A stretch of DNA of 55,227 nucleotides from Gemmatimonadota bacterium. Lineage in GTDB: Bacteria > Gemmatimonadota > Gemmatimonadetes > Gemmatimonadales > Gemmatimonadaceae. The first letter of the stretch is position 1. The number at the start of each line of letters is the position of its first letter. Positions 18,867 through 27,946 of this stretch are shown here, piece after piece. The position numbers and the translations under genes were made by a program. Location: NCBI GenBank assembly GCA_040389905.1, contig JAZJZK010000051.1, positions 1 through 55,227 on the forward strand, given 5' to 3'. A model generated the notes under the pieces. That model was not told the origin of the DNA. It was given only the letters and a program-made list of their open reading frames with translations, and made no database searches.

Positions 18867-18973
18867 CGATGACCCCCTTTTGCCCGAAATGTCGTTCTTC
18901 GAATGTGGCGAGGAACTGCCGCGCACCGCCGTCCGCCGTTTTGCTCGTTTGCCGCCCTGATCAGCCCCAGGAG

Positions 18974-21529
18974 TCAATAGTGCCCATAGCTGGTTGCTGC
19001 AATGTCATTTCGTGGAAGACCGTCTCGACTCTGTAGTTTCGTAGCCGTGCCAGGCACGTGGCCCTCGGCGCGAGAGCGTTCGCGTTTCACGTCGAATGAC
19101 GTTGGCGCCCCTTTTCCCGCCTCCAGCATGAGACCAAACGCTCGTCGATAGGCTGCGTCAGCCGCCGCGTCTTGTTTCGCCGCGACTGACGCGGCGCCGA
19201 AGTCGTTTAGCATACCGGCGAGAAGGACGCGATTCACCAGGAACACGGAGTCCGACGTCACGAGTCCATCCATGCCGGCGATGGCAGAGCGCAGGTGCTC
19301 GATCCCATCCTGTAAATCGCCGCGGGCGACCAGGATGTTCCCCAGGTGCTGGTGCGCCTCGGCGAGGTCGCGCACCGATGTCGCGTTCCCATCGGCAACA
19401 TTGGCTGTCGCGGCTGTGAACTCGATGCTCGCGGCGGCCAGTGCCTTGTCGATGAGCGCGGGACGATGACTTGCCCACAGTGCTCGCGCCACCAACCCGT
19501 GCACGCGAGCGAACATTCGCTGATCTGATGGGCCGCCAAGCCCCTCGCCCTTCGATTGCGCAAACAGCGCGCGAGCCTTCTCGGCATTCGCGATGGCGTC
19601 GTCCACGCGCCCTATGTCGAGCAGCGTTTCAGTGCGAGCAAACTCCGCGAGACCCGTATCGAAGAGGTTCTGGCTGCGGTCCAGCCAGGTACCAAACATC
19701 GGACGCGGTGCGTTGTCGGTGCGGCTCAGCGGCAATGCCTTGCGATCGGCAGCCAACGCGACGTCGAACTGCTCAAGCGCGCTATCGAATTGACCCATCG
19801 CGCGCAGTGCGCGACCAAGGCCCATGTGTACGAGTTCCGCCGCCTGAAGCGGTGGGGATGCCGTGTTTCGTCGCACCCAGGCGTCGACCTCCGTCGCGTA
19901 TCGTCGTGCGAACTCCGCGCCGTCGGCGGGGTTGCTGATCATCATCGAGAGATTGTAGACGGCGGCGAAACGTGCAGCCCCAATCCACTCGTCGGTCGGA
20001 TGAATGAGCCACAGACTATCGAGGATGTTCAGTGCCGCCCGATAGTTCTTCATCGACGCAGCAGTGTTGCCGAGGTTCGTCCCAGCGAGCCCGCCCTGGC
20101 TGTAGCCCACGCGGATATACGCCTGCGCGATCTCCTTGCGCAGTGCGTCGTCCGCACCGTGCTCCGCACTCAACTGATCGAGGTATTCAACCGCCTTCGC
20201 CAGGAGATCTCGTCGAACCGCCACCGTCCCCGGAATGCGACGAATCGCGTCGTGCGCGTCGAAGATCACCCAATGCGCGAGAGTCCGGACCTCCTCGAAG
20301 CGCTTCTCCGCAACGACCTGCGCTCGTCTCGCTTCGCGCGCATTCCAGACAGCGACGCCAGCACCGACAATCAGTGCGACGGTCGCGACGAGCGCCAGCG
20401 AGAGCGCCAGCACATTACGCTGCACGAACTTCTGCGCCAGGTACACGCGACTCGGCGGTCGCGCTTCGATCGGATGTCCGGATCGAAAGCGCTGGATGTC
20501 CGCGAGCAACCGCTCGACGGATGGATATCGGCTCTCTGGATCTGGTTCGAGCGCGTGGAGGACGATGCGATCCAGATCGCCGTGAATCGCGACGCGCGAG
20601 ATACTCGGCAACGTCGCTCGCGCACTCGGTGCGGTGACGGGCCGGTCCTGTGTGCGGCGAAGTAGATCCTCAACGGTTCCGCTCGCGTGCGGAACGGTGC
20701 CGGCAAGGAGCTCATACAGAATCAGCCCCAGCGCATAGACGTCCGTCGCGGCGGTGATCGGCTCGCCCTTGATCTGTTCCGGACTGGCGTACGCTGGCGT
20801 GAATTGCCGCAGGCCAGTGCTCGTCACCGTGGCGTCTTCGACACGCTTCGAAATGCCGAAATCGAGCAGCTTCGCGACGCCGGCGTGCGTGACGATGATG
20901 TTGCCGGGCTTGAGATCACGGTGGACGACCAGATGGCGATGTGCGTACTGCACCGCTTCGCAGACCTGCTCGAACACGTCGAGCGTCTGCGACACATCGA
21001 GGCCGTGCGTGTGGCAGTATCGATCGATCGGCATTCCGTCGACGAACTCCATCGCGAGCCACGGCGTACTGTCTGCCGCGGTGCTCCAATCGATCAACGC
21101 GGCGATGTTGGCGTGCTGGAGCTGCGAGAGCACGGCGCGCTCGCCCGTCAGTAATTCCTGCGTGCGCCGGTCCCAGGACACATAGCGAAGCACCTTCAGC
21201 GCCACCTGGCGGTGAAACTGGTCATCGCGCCGTTCGGCGAGGAATACGATACCCGAGCCTCCGCGACCGAGCTCACGGATGATGCGATAGGGGCCGACTT
21301 CGCCGCCGACGGGAGTGTCGAGGAGCGGCCCGCTCGTCGACGCCGCGTGCACCCGCACGGCCTTGGTATCGAGAAGTGGAGCAGCGTGCTCGCGCAGCAG
21401 CGACCGCAGTTCCTCGGCCAGCTCGGGCGACCGCCGCTCGGCCTCGGCCATGATTCCGTCGATGTCTTCCGGCGTGTCCAGCGCAGCCCCGAACCAATCC
21501 TTGAGCTGTGCCCAGTCCGCTGCGTTCAC
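18974..21529 (-). CDS. Hanks-type Ser/Thr protein kinase with TM helix and C-terminal TPR-like region
   Basis: GRGGSG, VALK, HRDLKPGN, DFG, YASPE, DVYALG; GTG start 21529 overlaps the ECF stop (GTGA). Confidence 0.92.
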   Translation of the reverse strand: MNAADWAQLKDWFGAALDTPEDIDGIMAEAERRSPELAEELRSLLREHAAPLLDTKAVRVHAASTSGPLLDTPVGGEVGPYRIIRELGRGGSGIVFLAERRDDQFHRQVALKVLRYVSWDRRTQELLTGERAVLSQLQHANIAALIDWSTAADSTPWLAMEFVDGMPIDRYCHTHGLDVSQTLDVFEQVCEAVQYAHRHLVVHRDLKPGNIIVTHAGVAKLLDFGISKRVEDATVTSTGLRQFTPAYASPEQIKGEPITAATDVYALGLILYELLAGTVPHASGTVEDLLRRTQDRPVTAPSARATLPSISRVAIHGDLDRIVLHALEPDPESRYPSVERLLADIQRFRSGHPIEARPPSRVYLAQKFVQRNVLALSLALVATVALIVGAGVAVWNAREARRAQVVAEKRFEEVRTLAHWVIFDAHDAIRRIPGTVAVRRDLLAKAVEYLDQLSAEHGADDALRKEIAQAYIRVGYSQGGLAGTNLGNTAASMKNYRAALNILDSLWLIHPTDEWIGAARFAAVYNLSMMISNPADGAEFARRYATEVDAWVRRNTASPPLQAAELVHMGLGRALRAMGQFDSALEQFDVALAADRKALPLSRTDNAPRPMFGTWLDRSQNLFDTGLAEFARTETLLDIGRVDDAIANAEKARALFAQSKGEGLGGPSDQRMFARVHGLVARALWASHRPALIDKALAAASIEFTAATANVADGNATSVRDLAEAHQHLGNILVARGDLQDGIEHLRSAIAGMDGLVTSDSVFLVNRVLLAGMLNDFGAASVAAKQDAAADAAYRRAFGLMLEAGKGAPTSFDVKRERSRAEGHVPGTATKLQSRDGLPRNDIAATSYGHY

Positions 21530-22059
21530 GCAGCGGGCCCGAGCTCGCGTTGCAGCCACGCGCGCGCCATCGCCCAATCTCGCTTCACCGTTTTCTCCGA
21601 GATGGACAGGACTTCCGCCGCCTCCTCCACGGTGAGCCCAACGAAGAATCGGAGCTCGACGATCTGCGCTTGCCTCGCGTCCCATTCGGCGAGTCGCACG
21701 AGCGCGTCGTCGAGCATGAGTACATCGAGTTCACCTGTGGTCGTCGCCGGATCGGCGATGTCGAAGCCGCCAAGCGTGATGCGCGAGAGCTCTCCTCCAT
21801 GTTTCACGCGCTGGCGGGCTCGCGCGTGGTCCACGAGGATGTGACGCATGGCCTTGGCCGCGGTGCGGATGAAGTGCGCTCGATCCGCGAAGCGCGCCGA
21901 CCCCTTTGCGAGCTTGAGGTAGACTTCGTGCACGAGCGCCGTTGCCTGGAGGCTGTCGGAGTCGGAGAACCGCCGCACATACGCTCCGGCGAGCGCGCGG
22001 AGTTCCTGATAACCGTCCTCGAAATCGGCAGGGGTCGATGACTCGGGGCTCGTCGGCAT
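21526..22059 (-). CDS. ECF sigma factor, kinase-associated type (TIGR02999-like)
   Basis: YQELRALA, LQATALVHEVYLKL, MRHILVDHAR, VELRFFVGLTVEEAAEVL…TVKRDW; start 22059. Confidence 0.92.
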   Translation of the reverse strand: MPTSPESSTPADFEDGYQELRALAGAYVRRFSDSDSLQATALVHEVYLKLAKGSARFADRAHFIRTAAKAMRHILVDHARARQRVKHGGELSRITLGGFDIADPATTTGELDVLMLDDALVRLAEWDARQAQIVELRFFVGLTVEEAAEVLSISEKTVKRDWAMARAWLQRELGPAA

Positions 22060-22195
22060 GACTCCTGGACCACGGGTTGAATGCATGCCTGCTGGCGTGT
22101 CGAGTATGCGACAGCGGTGTCCGGCAACGCAAGGCACGCGCGTTGACAGCGAACGGACCCCGCACCGCACCAGCCCAGGTGTCAGCCGTACTGTT

Positions 22196-22213
22196 TATAT
22201 CGGTACCGATATA
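22196..22213. promoter_or_regulatory. Perfect 18-bp palindrome, probable MarR operator
   Basis: TATATCGGTACCGATATA, 11 bp upstream of the marR ATG, AT-rich in a high-GC background. Confidence 0.75.
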
Positions 22214-22224
22214 TATTTCACCAC

Positions 22225-22746
22225 ATGACTCCGACCCCAAAACCAGACAGCGTCGTCTCGATTGACGACACCGCGAGCCGGCGCGCGATGGATGCCCTCC
22301 GACGTGTGGTCCGCGTGTTGTCGGCGTCGGCGCGCGGATTGCCCGGTGGAGGAAAAGTGTCAGGCGCTCAGCTGTTCGTCCTCCGCCAGATCGCGCACGC
22401 ACCGGGTCTCACCGTCGGCGACGTCGCGGCACGAACGCTGGCGCGCCAGAGCGCCGTCTCCGAAGTCGTGGCGCGTCTCGCCGATGCGGGACTCGTCACG
22501 CGCTCGTCGAGCGTGGAAGACGGACGGCAAACCTTGCTGTCGCTCACGGCCAAGGGACGACGCGCAGTTGCCGCCGCCGAGCCAACAGCCCAGGAGCGTC
22601 TCGCCGACGCGTTGCAGGCCATGAGGCCCGCGGAGCGGAAAGCGCTGGCGGAGCTGCTCGAGCGTTGGCTGACGGCGGCGGGAATGACAGACGTGCCCGC
22701 CACGATGTTCCTCGAGAACGATCCAGGCGGACGGGGTGGATCATGA
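22225..22746 (+). CDS. MarR-family transcriptional regulator
   Basis: SGAQLFVLRQI, SAVSEVVARLADAGLVTR, DGRQTLLSLTAKGR winged HTH. Confidence 0.9.
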   Translation: MTPTPKPDSVVSIDDTASRRAMDALRRVVRVLSASARGLPGGGKVSGAQLFVLRQIAHAPGLTVGDVAARTLARQSAVSEVVARLADAGLVTRSSSVEDGRQTLLSLTAKGRRAVAAAEPTAQERLADALQAMRPAERKALAELLERWLTAAGMTDVPATMFLENDPGGRGGS

Positions 22747-24563
22747 GCAACCCTGCCCTCGCCTACGCGCATGACAGCGTGCGAGCGCCGCGCGACTACA
22801 CGCCCATCGACCGGCGAACGATCCTGATCGCCGGATTGTCGATGGCCGTCGCGTTCGCCGCGTCGCTCGCCGCCCAGTTGCTGACGCGACTGATCGGACT
22901 CGTCACGAACGTCGCCTTCTACGGCCGCATCTCCACTGCCTTCGTTTCGCCGGCGGGTGGGCATCGCCAGCCCTTCGTTTTGATTCTCACGCCGATCGCC
23001 GGCGCGCTGCTTGTCGGTCTCATGGCGCGGTATGGCTCTGCCGCCATTCGCGGGCACGGTATTCCTGAGGTGATGGAGAAAGTCCTGTTTGGAGAAAGCC
23101 GGATCCCGGCGCGGGTACTCTTCCTCAAGCCGCTTTCTGCGGCCGTGGCGATCGGAACGGGCGGCCCATTCGGCGCAGAAGGCCCGATCATCGCGACGGG
23201 TGGCGCACTCGGCTCGCTTGCCGGCCAGTTTCTGCACGTCACGTCGGACGAGCGCAAGACATTGCTGGCCGCTGGAGCCGCCGCCGGCATGACGGCGACC
23301 TTCGGCAGTCCGGTCAGCGCCGTGCTGCTGGCGGTCGAACTCCTCTTGTTCGAGTACCGCCCTCGGTCGCTCATCCCCGTTGCCCTGGCGGCCGCGGTCG
23401 CCGCAGGGGTCCGCGCATTCTTCGAGGGCACGGCGCCGGTGTTCGCGATCACGGCGCTCACACAGCCCAGCGGAAAGGCACTGGCCTTTTATGCCATACT
23501 CGGCCTGTTGATTGGCGCGCTCGCGGCCGGCATCACGCGCGTGTCGTACCTGCTCGAGGATGCCTTCGAGCACTTTGGTGAGCGCTTCGGCATTCATTGG
23601 ATGTGGTGGCCGCTGGCGGGCGCGCTCGTGGTCGGTGTCGTCGGACTGGTGGAGCCGCGAACGCTTGGGGTGGGGTACGAGAACATCACCGGTGCGCTCA
23701 GTGGAACGATTGCCGGTCGAGCGTTGCTCGTCCTCATCGTACTCAAGTTCATCTCGTGGTCGGTCTACCTCGGTAGCGGAACCTCAGGTGGTACCCTCGC
23801 ACCGCTGTTCACCATTGGAGGAGGGTTCGGCGCGCTCATTGGCGCGCAGGTGTCGCGCTTCGCACCGGCGCTCGGCGTCGACGCGCGTGTGGCGGGGCTC
23901 GTCGGCATGGCGGCGATCTTTTCCGGCGCCTCGCACGCGTTGTTGACGTCGGTTGTCTTTGCATTCGAGACCACACGGCAGCCGGTAGGCCTGCTGCCAC
24001 TCCTCACCGGCTGCGCGGCCGCGTACCTCGTCTCACTGTTGATCAGCCGAAACTCCATCATGACGGAAAAGCTGGCGCGCCGAGGAATCGCGGTGCGGCC
24101 GGAGTATTCGGCGGATCATCTGTCGCACGTGATGGTGCGCGACGCCGCGAGCACCGACGTCGTGACCATTGCTGCGGACGACGAGGTGGGCGTGGTGCGC
24201 TCGTGGCTCACCTCCGGTGCCGGCGACAGCACGCATCAGGGCTTTCCCGTGCTCGATGCGGATGATTCCCTCATCGGCGTCGTCACGCGTCGTGATCTCA
24301 CCAATGCGTTGCACGATCCGCGGACACCGGTGCGCCAACTCATTCGTCGCGCACCGGTGGTCGTATTCGAGGATAGCACGCTTCGCGATGCGGCGGATCA
24401 GATGGTCGAGGAACACGTTGGACGCTTGCCGGTGGTGCAACGCTCCTCCACGCGTACGCTGGTGGGGATCGTTTCGCGCAGCGACCTGCTCGCCGCGCAT
24501 GCACCTCGCCTCGATGCGCAGCATCGCCCGCACCGTGTGCGTCGCTTCGGCGGGCTGGGGTAG
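22743..24563 (+). CDS. ClC chloride channel/H+ antiporter with CBS domains
   Basis: GHGIPE, GAEGP, GGTLAP ClC signatures; C-terminal CBS pair; ATG 22743 overlaps the marR stop. Confidence 0.92.
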   Translation: MSNPALAYAHDSVRAPRDYTPIDRRTILIAGLSMAVAFAASLAAQLLTRLIGLVTNVAFYGRISTAFVSPAGGHRQPFVLILTPIAGALLVGLMARYGSAAIRGHGIPEVMEKVLFGESRIPARVLFLKPLSAAVAIGTGGPFGAEGPIIATGGALGSLAGQFLHVTSDERKTLLAAGAAAGMTATFGSPVSAVLLAVELLLFEYRPRSLIPVALAAAVAAGVRAFFEGTAPVFAITALTQPSGKALAFYAILGLLIGALAAGITRVSYLLEDAFEHFGERFGIHWMWWPLAGALVVGVVGLVEPRTLGVGYENITGALSGTIAGRALLVLIVLKFISWSVYLGSGTSGGTLAPLFTIGGGFGALIGAQVSRFAPALGVDARVAGLVGMAAIFSGASHALLTSVVFAFETTRQPVGLLPLLTGCAAAYLVSLLISRNSIMTEKLARRGIAVRPEYSADHLSHVMVRDAASTDVVTIAADDEVGVVRSWLTSGAGDSTHQGFPVLDADDSLIGVVTRRDLTNALHDPRTPVRQLIRRAPVVVFEDSTLRDAADQMVEEHVGRLPVVQRSSTRTLVGIVSRSDLLAAHAPRLDAQHRPHRVRRFGGLG

Positions 24564-24672
24564 GCGTTCATCGGCTGAATTCTACGCTTCGTCGATCTCG
24601 AGTTGCCTTGATCGTTCCGCGCCATATGCTTGGCCACGATAGATCAATCCACGCGTCCTCGAGAGACCAGCA

Positions 24673-25920
24673 ATGCACACATCCCGCTTGTTCTGTCGCA
24701 CTGCGCAGCGCGAAGGGCCTGCGTTTTCGATGGTAGTCAGTGTCGCGTTTGCGCTGACGCTTACAGCGTGCGGCGCCAGCGCTCCCTCGCAGCAATACGG
24801 CTACCTCGCACTCCTCGGCAACGACACCGTTTCGATCGAGCGAGTCACGCGGTCCGGCAACACCGTTGTGAGCGACGGAGTCGACCGATTCCCACGCGTC
24901 CGGCGCCGGCACACGACAATCACGCTCGGCGCCGATGGCGGAATCCAGCATCTCGAAATGGACATCACCACACCGAGCGAGCCGCCGGCGCAGCGCCTGC
25001 GCCACGTCGTGGCCGATGTCACGAAGGATTCGGTGAAAATCTCGAAGCGCGATAGCACCGGTGTCGTGAGGATCAACTTCGCGACGGGAGGCGTGCTCAC
25101 GATGGCGCACCTGCCGCAGGTGTACAGCCTCACGGATCTGTACTTCAGCGCCGCGTTGGCGAAAGCCGCGGCCACAGGTGTTGGCGTGGGCGGCACCGTG
25201 ACGCTGCACCAGTTCTACATCGACCGCGAGTTCGACCGTTTTCCACTGCATGATGGCATCGTGAAGCCATTGGCCGGTCATAAGGCAGAGCTTCAGCACG
25301 ATTGGTTGTCAGGCGCCGGCGAGGCGACCTTCGATTCGACCAATCACATGCTCACGTATTCCGGCGCGCGCTCGACGTATAAGGTGAACGTGCGGCGCCT
25401 CACCGAGTTGCCAGATGTACAAGCCATCGGCGAACGATTCGCCGCGCTCGAGACGAGCACCGGTATGCATCAACTCAGCGTTCGCGACACGGCGCGTGGA
25501 TCGATTGGCAATGCAGCGTTCACCGTGGACTATGGTCGGCCACTCGCGCGCGGACGCGTTCTGGTTGGCGACGTTCTTCCCATCGATCGGGTGTGGAGAA
25601 CAGGTGCGAATGCCGCGACGCAATTCTCGACGTCGGTGCCCATTACGCTCGCGGGCCTGAAATTGCCGGCGGGCTTGTACACGCTCTGGACCGTACCGCG
25701 CGAGAAAGGCGCGGACCTCATCGTGAACAAACAGACCGGCCAATGGGGTACCGGCTACGACGACGCGCACGACCTCGGCATGGCGTCGATGGCGACGGAG
25801 GTGCTGACGACGCCAGTCGAGAAGTTCACCATCTCGATCGCTCCGACGGATGCGCATCAGGGTGCGCTCGTGCTGGAGTGGGGCACGTTCCGGTGGACGG
25901 CGCCGATCGTCGTGCCGTGA
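24673..25920 (+). CDS. DUF2911-domain lipoprotein
   Basis: Lipobox LTAC (start may be 24730); C-terminal VDYGRPLARGR…WRTGANAAT…QWG. Confidence 0.8.
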   Translation: MHTSRLFCRTAQREGPAFSMVVSVAFALTLTACGASAPSQQYGYLALLGNDTVSIERVTRSGNTVVSDGVDRFPRVRRRHTTITLGADGGIQHLEMDITTPSEPPAQRLRHVVADVTKDSVKISKRDSTGVVRINFATGGVLTMAHLPQVYSLTDLYFSAALAKAAATGVGVGGTVTLHQFYIDREFDRFPLHDGIVKPLAGHKAELQHDWLSGAGEATFDSTNHMLTYSGARSTYKVNVRRLTELPDVQAIGERFAALETSTGMHQLSVRDTARGSIGNAAFTVDYGRPLARGRVLVGDVLPIDRVWRTGANAATQFSTSVPITLAGLKLPAGLYTLWTVPREKGADLIVNKQTGQWGTGYDDAHDLGMASMATEVLTTPVEKFTISIAPTDAHQGALVLEWGTFRWTAPIVVP

Positions 25921-25995
25921 ATGCTCCAGGCGTGCTTCGATTGCGTCAGGCGTTGCCTATCAGCATCTTCAAGGCGGCTCGACAATCCTGCGCTC

Positions 25996-26017
25996 GAGCT
26001 AACCGAGAGCTAACCGA
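25996..26017 (+). promoter_or_regulatory. Perfect 11-bp tandem direct repeat upstream of an orphan gene
   Basis: GAGCTAACCGA twice, ending 23 bp before ATG 26041. Confidence 0.5.
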
Positions 26018-26040
26018 AGCAACCACCGGGAGAGAAGGCG

Positions 26041-26610
26041 ATGCGAACGTTTGATTGGTCGTGCGACGTCAGGCAAGGATACGACCTCACGCCGGGCGCA
26101 CAGACCGTTTTCGGCTACATCACGGCGATGACCATCGCCGACACCGAGCTGTTGCCCGACCAGACAATCGCCAAAGACCCGATGGGATCCAGCCCCGTCG
26201 GCGCAGTTGCCGTGCTCAGTGAAGTGATTTTGGTGACGGGTCCAACCGGCTCGCTCCGGTTCCAAGGCCGCGTTTCGTTGGCCAATCAGCAATCGATCGA
26301 TGCGCTGGCGGTCAGCATTCAGGGCGAGGTCCCAGTAGCATTCACCTTCGACGTGTACGACTACGACGCATTGACGAAGCGGTACTTCAAGTCCGCTACG
26401 TCGGTCGATGCGACGACGCTGCATGGCACGCTCGCGGAAAGCCAAGGCGTCCCCGCACTGTCCGTGGGGAGCGAGCCGTCTGATGACGTACAGTCGCCGC
26501 TGAACTACGTGTTCGCGATTGGGATCAACGCAAAACCAGAAGATCAGGCAGTGATCGTCGCCTTCACCGCCACGAATTCGGCCCCGTTTCCTTGGGGAGA
26601 TCAAAGCTGA
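26041..26610 (+). CDS. Hypothetical beta-rich cytoplasmic protein (189 aa)
   Basis: Purine-rich RBS (GGGAGAGAAGG); protein-like composition; motifs DVRQGY, YDYD…KRYFKS, VQSPLNY; no signal peptide. Confidence 0.75.
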   Translation: MRTFDWSCDVRQGYDLTPGAQTVFGYITAMTIADTELLPDQTIAKDPMGSSPVGAVAVLSEVILVTGPTGSLRFQGRVSLANQQSIDALAVSIQGEVPVAFTFDVYDYDALTKRYFKSATSVDATTLHGTLAESQGVPALSVGSEPSDDVQSPLNYVFAIGINAKPEDQAVIVAFTATNSAPFPWGDQS

Positions 26611-26629
26611 ACGAACGCCGCTGGTACCG

Positions 26630-26659
26630 TTGCGAGACCATGCTGTGCCTGTGTATGAT
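26630..26659 (+). promoter_or_regulatory. Putative sigma70 promoter for the structured leader RNA
   Basis: TTGCGA (26630-35), N18, TATGAT (26654-59); the first hairpin begins about 5 nt downstream. Confidence 0.5.
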
Positions 26660-26663
26660 ACCC

Positions 26664-26783
26664 GTGGCTTGAAGGAAGCCGCCGGGTCCGCGGGAAGAGT
26701 CTAACTCACCTTCGTGTCATCCCGACGCTGTTCGGGCCATGACCTCATGCAGCCTGATTGCGGACCCAGGCACTGCATGGAGG
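26664..26783 (+). ncRNA. Candidate structured cis-regulatory RNA with two possible pseudoknots
   Basis: Stems GTGGCTT/AAGCCGC, GAGT/ACTC, GTCAT-CCCGA/TCGGG-ATGAC, ATGCAG-CCTG/CAGG-CTGCAT; loop GAAGG complements CCTTC; loop TTGCGGACC complements GGTCCGCGG; last stem abuts the GGAGG RBS. Confidence 0.6.
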
Positions 26784-26786
26784 CGT

Positions 26787-27884
26787 ATGTCTCACGTCCT
26801 GCCCACCCGCCCCAACCTGGAGCACTTTCGCGGCCAGGCCAAAACGCTTCTCGCCGAGCTGCGCACTGGCGACCTCGCAGCCGCGCAAGCGTTCATCGAT
26901 CACCTGCCGAAAGCTCGCGACCTCTCAGCCGAGCAGGCGCGATCCGCGGGCTTCCGCCTCGCAGACGCGCAGTCCGTCGTCGCGCGTCGCAGCGGATTCC
27001 CGAGTTGGACCGCACTCACACGACATGTCGAACACCTGCGGTCGCTCGAGGGAGCATGGTCCTTCGACGCGCTCCAGGTCGACGGGAATGACATGGCGCC
27101 CGCGTTGATCGCGCAGTCGATGCTGCTCTTCGATGGCGATCGCTTCCGCATGGAATCGCCCGAAGGGAACTACGATGGTCGGTTTGCAATCGACACATCC
27201 AGCGCGCCGATGCAACTCGACATCGAGTTCGTCGAGGGCCCGGAGGCCGGGAATTCGTCGTACGGAATCTTCGAACTCGCCGACGACCGCCTGACCATTT
27301 GTCTCGGCTTGGTCGGTGCCCCGCGGCCGATCGCATTCGCGACACAGCCTATGAGCGGGCACGCGCTCGAGCGTCTCAGTCGCACGTCGGCGCAGCGGCC
27401 GTCAGGGGTGACGGGCGGCATCGCTGCTCCGAAAGCCGAGGAAGTGGACGCTCCTGACTCGCCGGTGAGCCCGCACGATTTCTCGGCGACGACGACTCCG
27501 ATGTTGCGGCGCCTCGAGGGAGCGTGGGCGTGTGTGCGCATGGTGACGAATGGCGAGGAGATGAAGGCGGACTGGTTGCCCTTCGGATCCCGGACCACGA
27601 GCGGCAACGAGGCCACGGTGGTGTTTGGCGGCCAGGTCATGCTCGATGTGAAGATGCGGATCGATGAGGCGCAACTCCCGATCGCGGTTGACTACCTCCA
27701 TCTCCGCGGGAAAGACAAAGGCAAGGTGAGCTTGGGCATCATGGACTGGGTCGGTGACGACTGTCGCTTTCACGTCGCGAAGCCCGGCCAGGCGCGACCA
27801 ACGGATTTCTCAGCGCCTGGAGCGGGCGAGACGCTGAGCCAGTGGAAGCGTGTGCCAGACGCGACTCACTTTACTCGCACGTAG
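26787..27884 (+). CDS. Protein with an N-terminal LPxRPNLE…QAK helical domain and two TIGR03067-like domains
   Basis: GGAGG RBS; LPTRPNLEHFRGQAKTLL…AQSVVARRSGFPSW; duplicated LEGAW…G…ID…D…G…GI…L/F…RP..F units. Confidence 0.82.
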   Translation: MSHVLPTRPNLEHFRGQAKTLLAELRTGDLAAAQAFIDHLPKARDLSAEQARSAGFRLADAQSVVARRSGFPSWTALTRHVEHLRSLEGAWSFDALQVDGNDMAPALIAQSMLLFDGDRFRMESPEGNYDGRFAIDTSSAPMQLDIEFVEGPEAGNSSYGIFELADDRLTICLGLVGAPRPIAFATQPMSGHALERLSRTSAQRPSGVTGGIAAPKAEEVDAPDSPVSPHDFSATTTPMLRRLEGAWACVRMVTNGEEMKADWLPFGSRTTSGNEATVVFGGQVMLDVKMRIDEAQLPIAVDYLHLRGKDKGKVSLGIMDWVGDDCRFHVAKPGQARPTDFSAPGAGETLSQWKRVPDATHFTRT

Positions 27885-27946
27885 TTCAGTTAGAGGTCTT
27901 GCTCCCAGGTGGATCACCCAGTCGGGAATTGTTTTATTCATGCCGG

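Noticed and set aside
26664..26783. Leader as a known riboswitch (TPP, cobalamin, SAM, FMN, c-di-GMP, fluoride) or a tRNA
   Set aside because: I could not find the hallmark consensus sequences of these classes; kept as an unassigned candidate RNA
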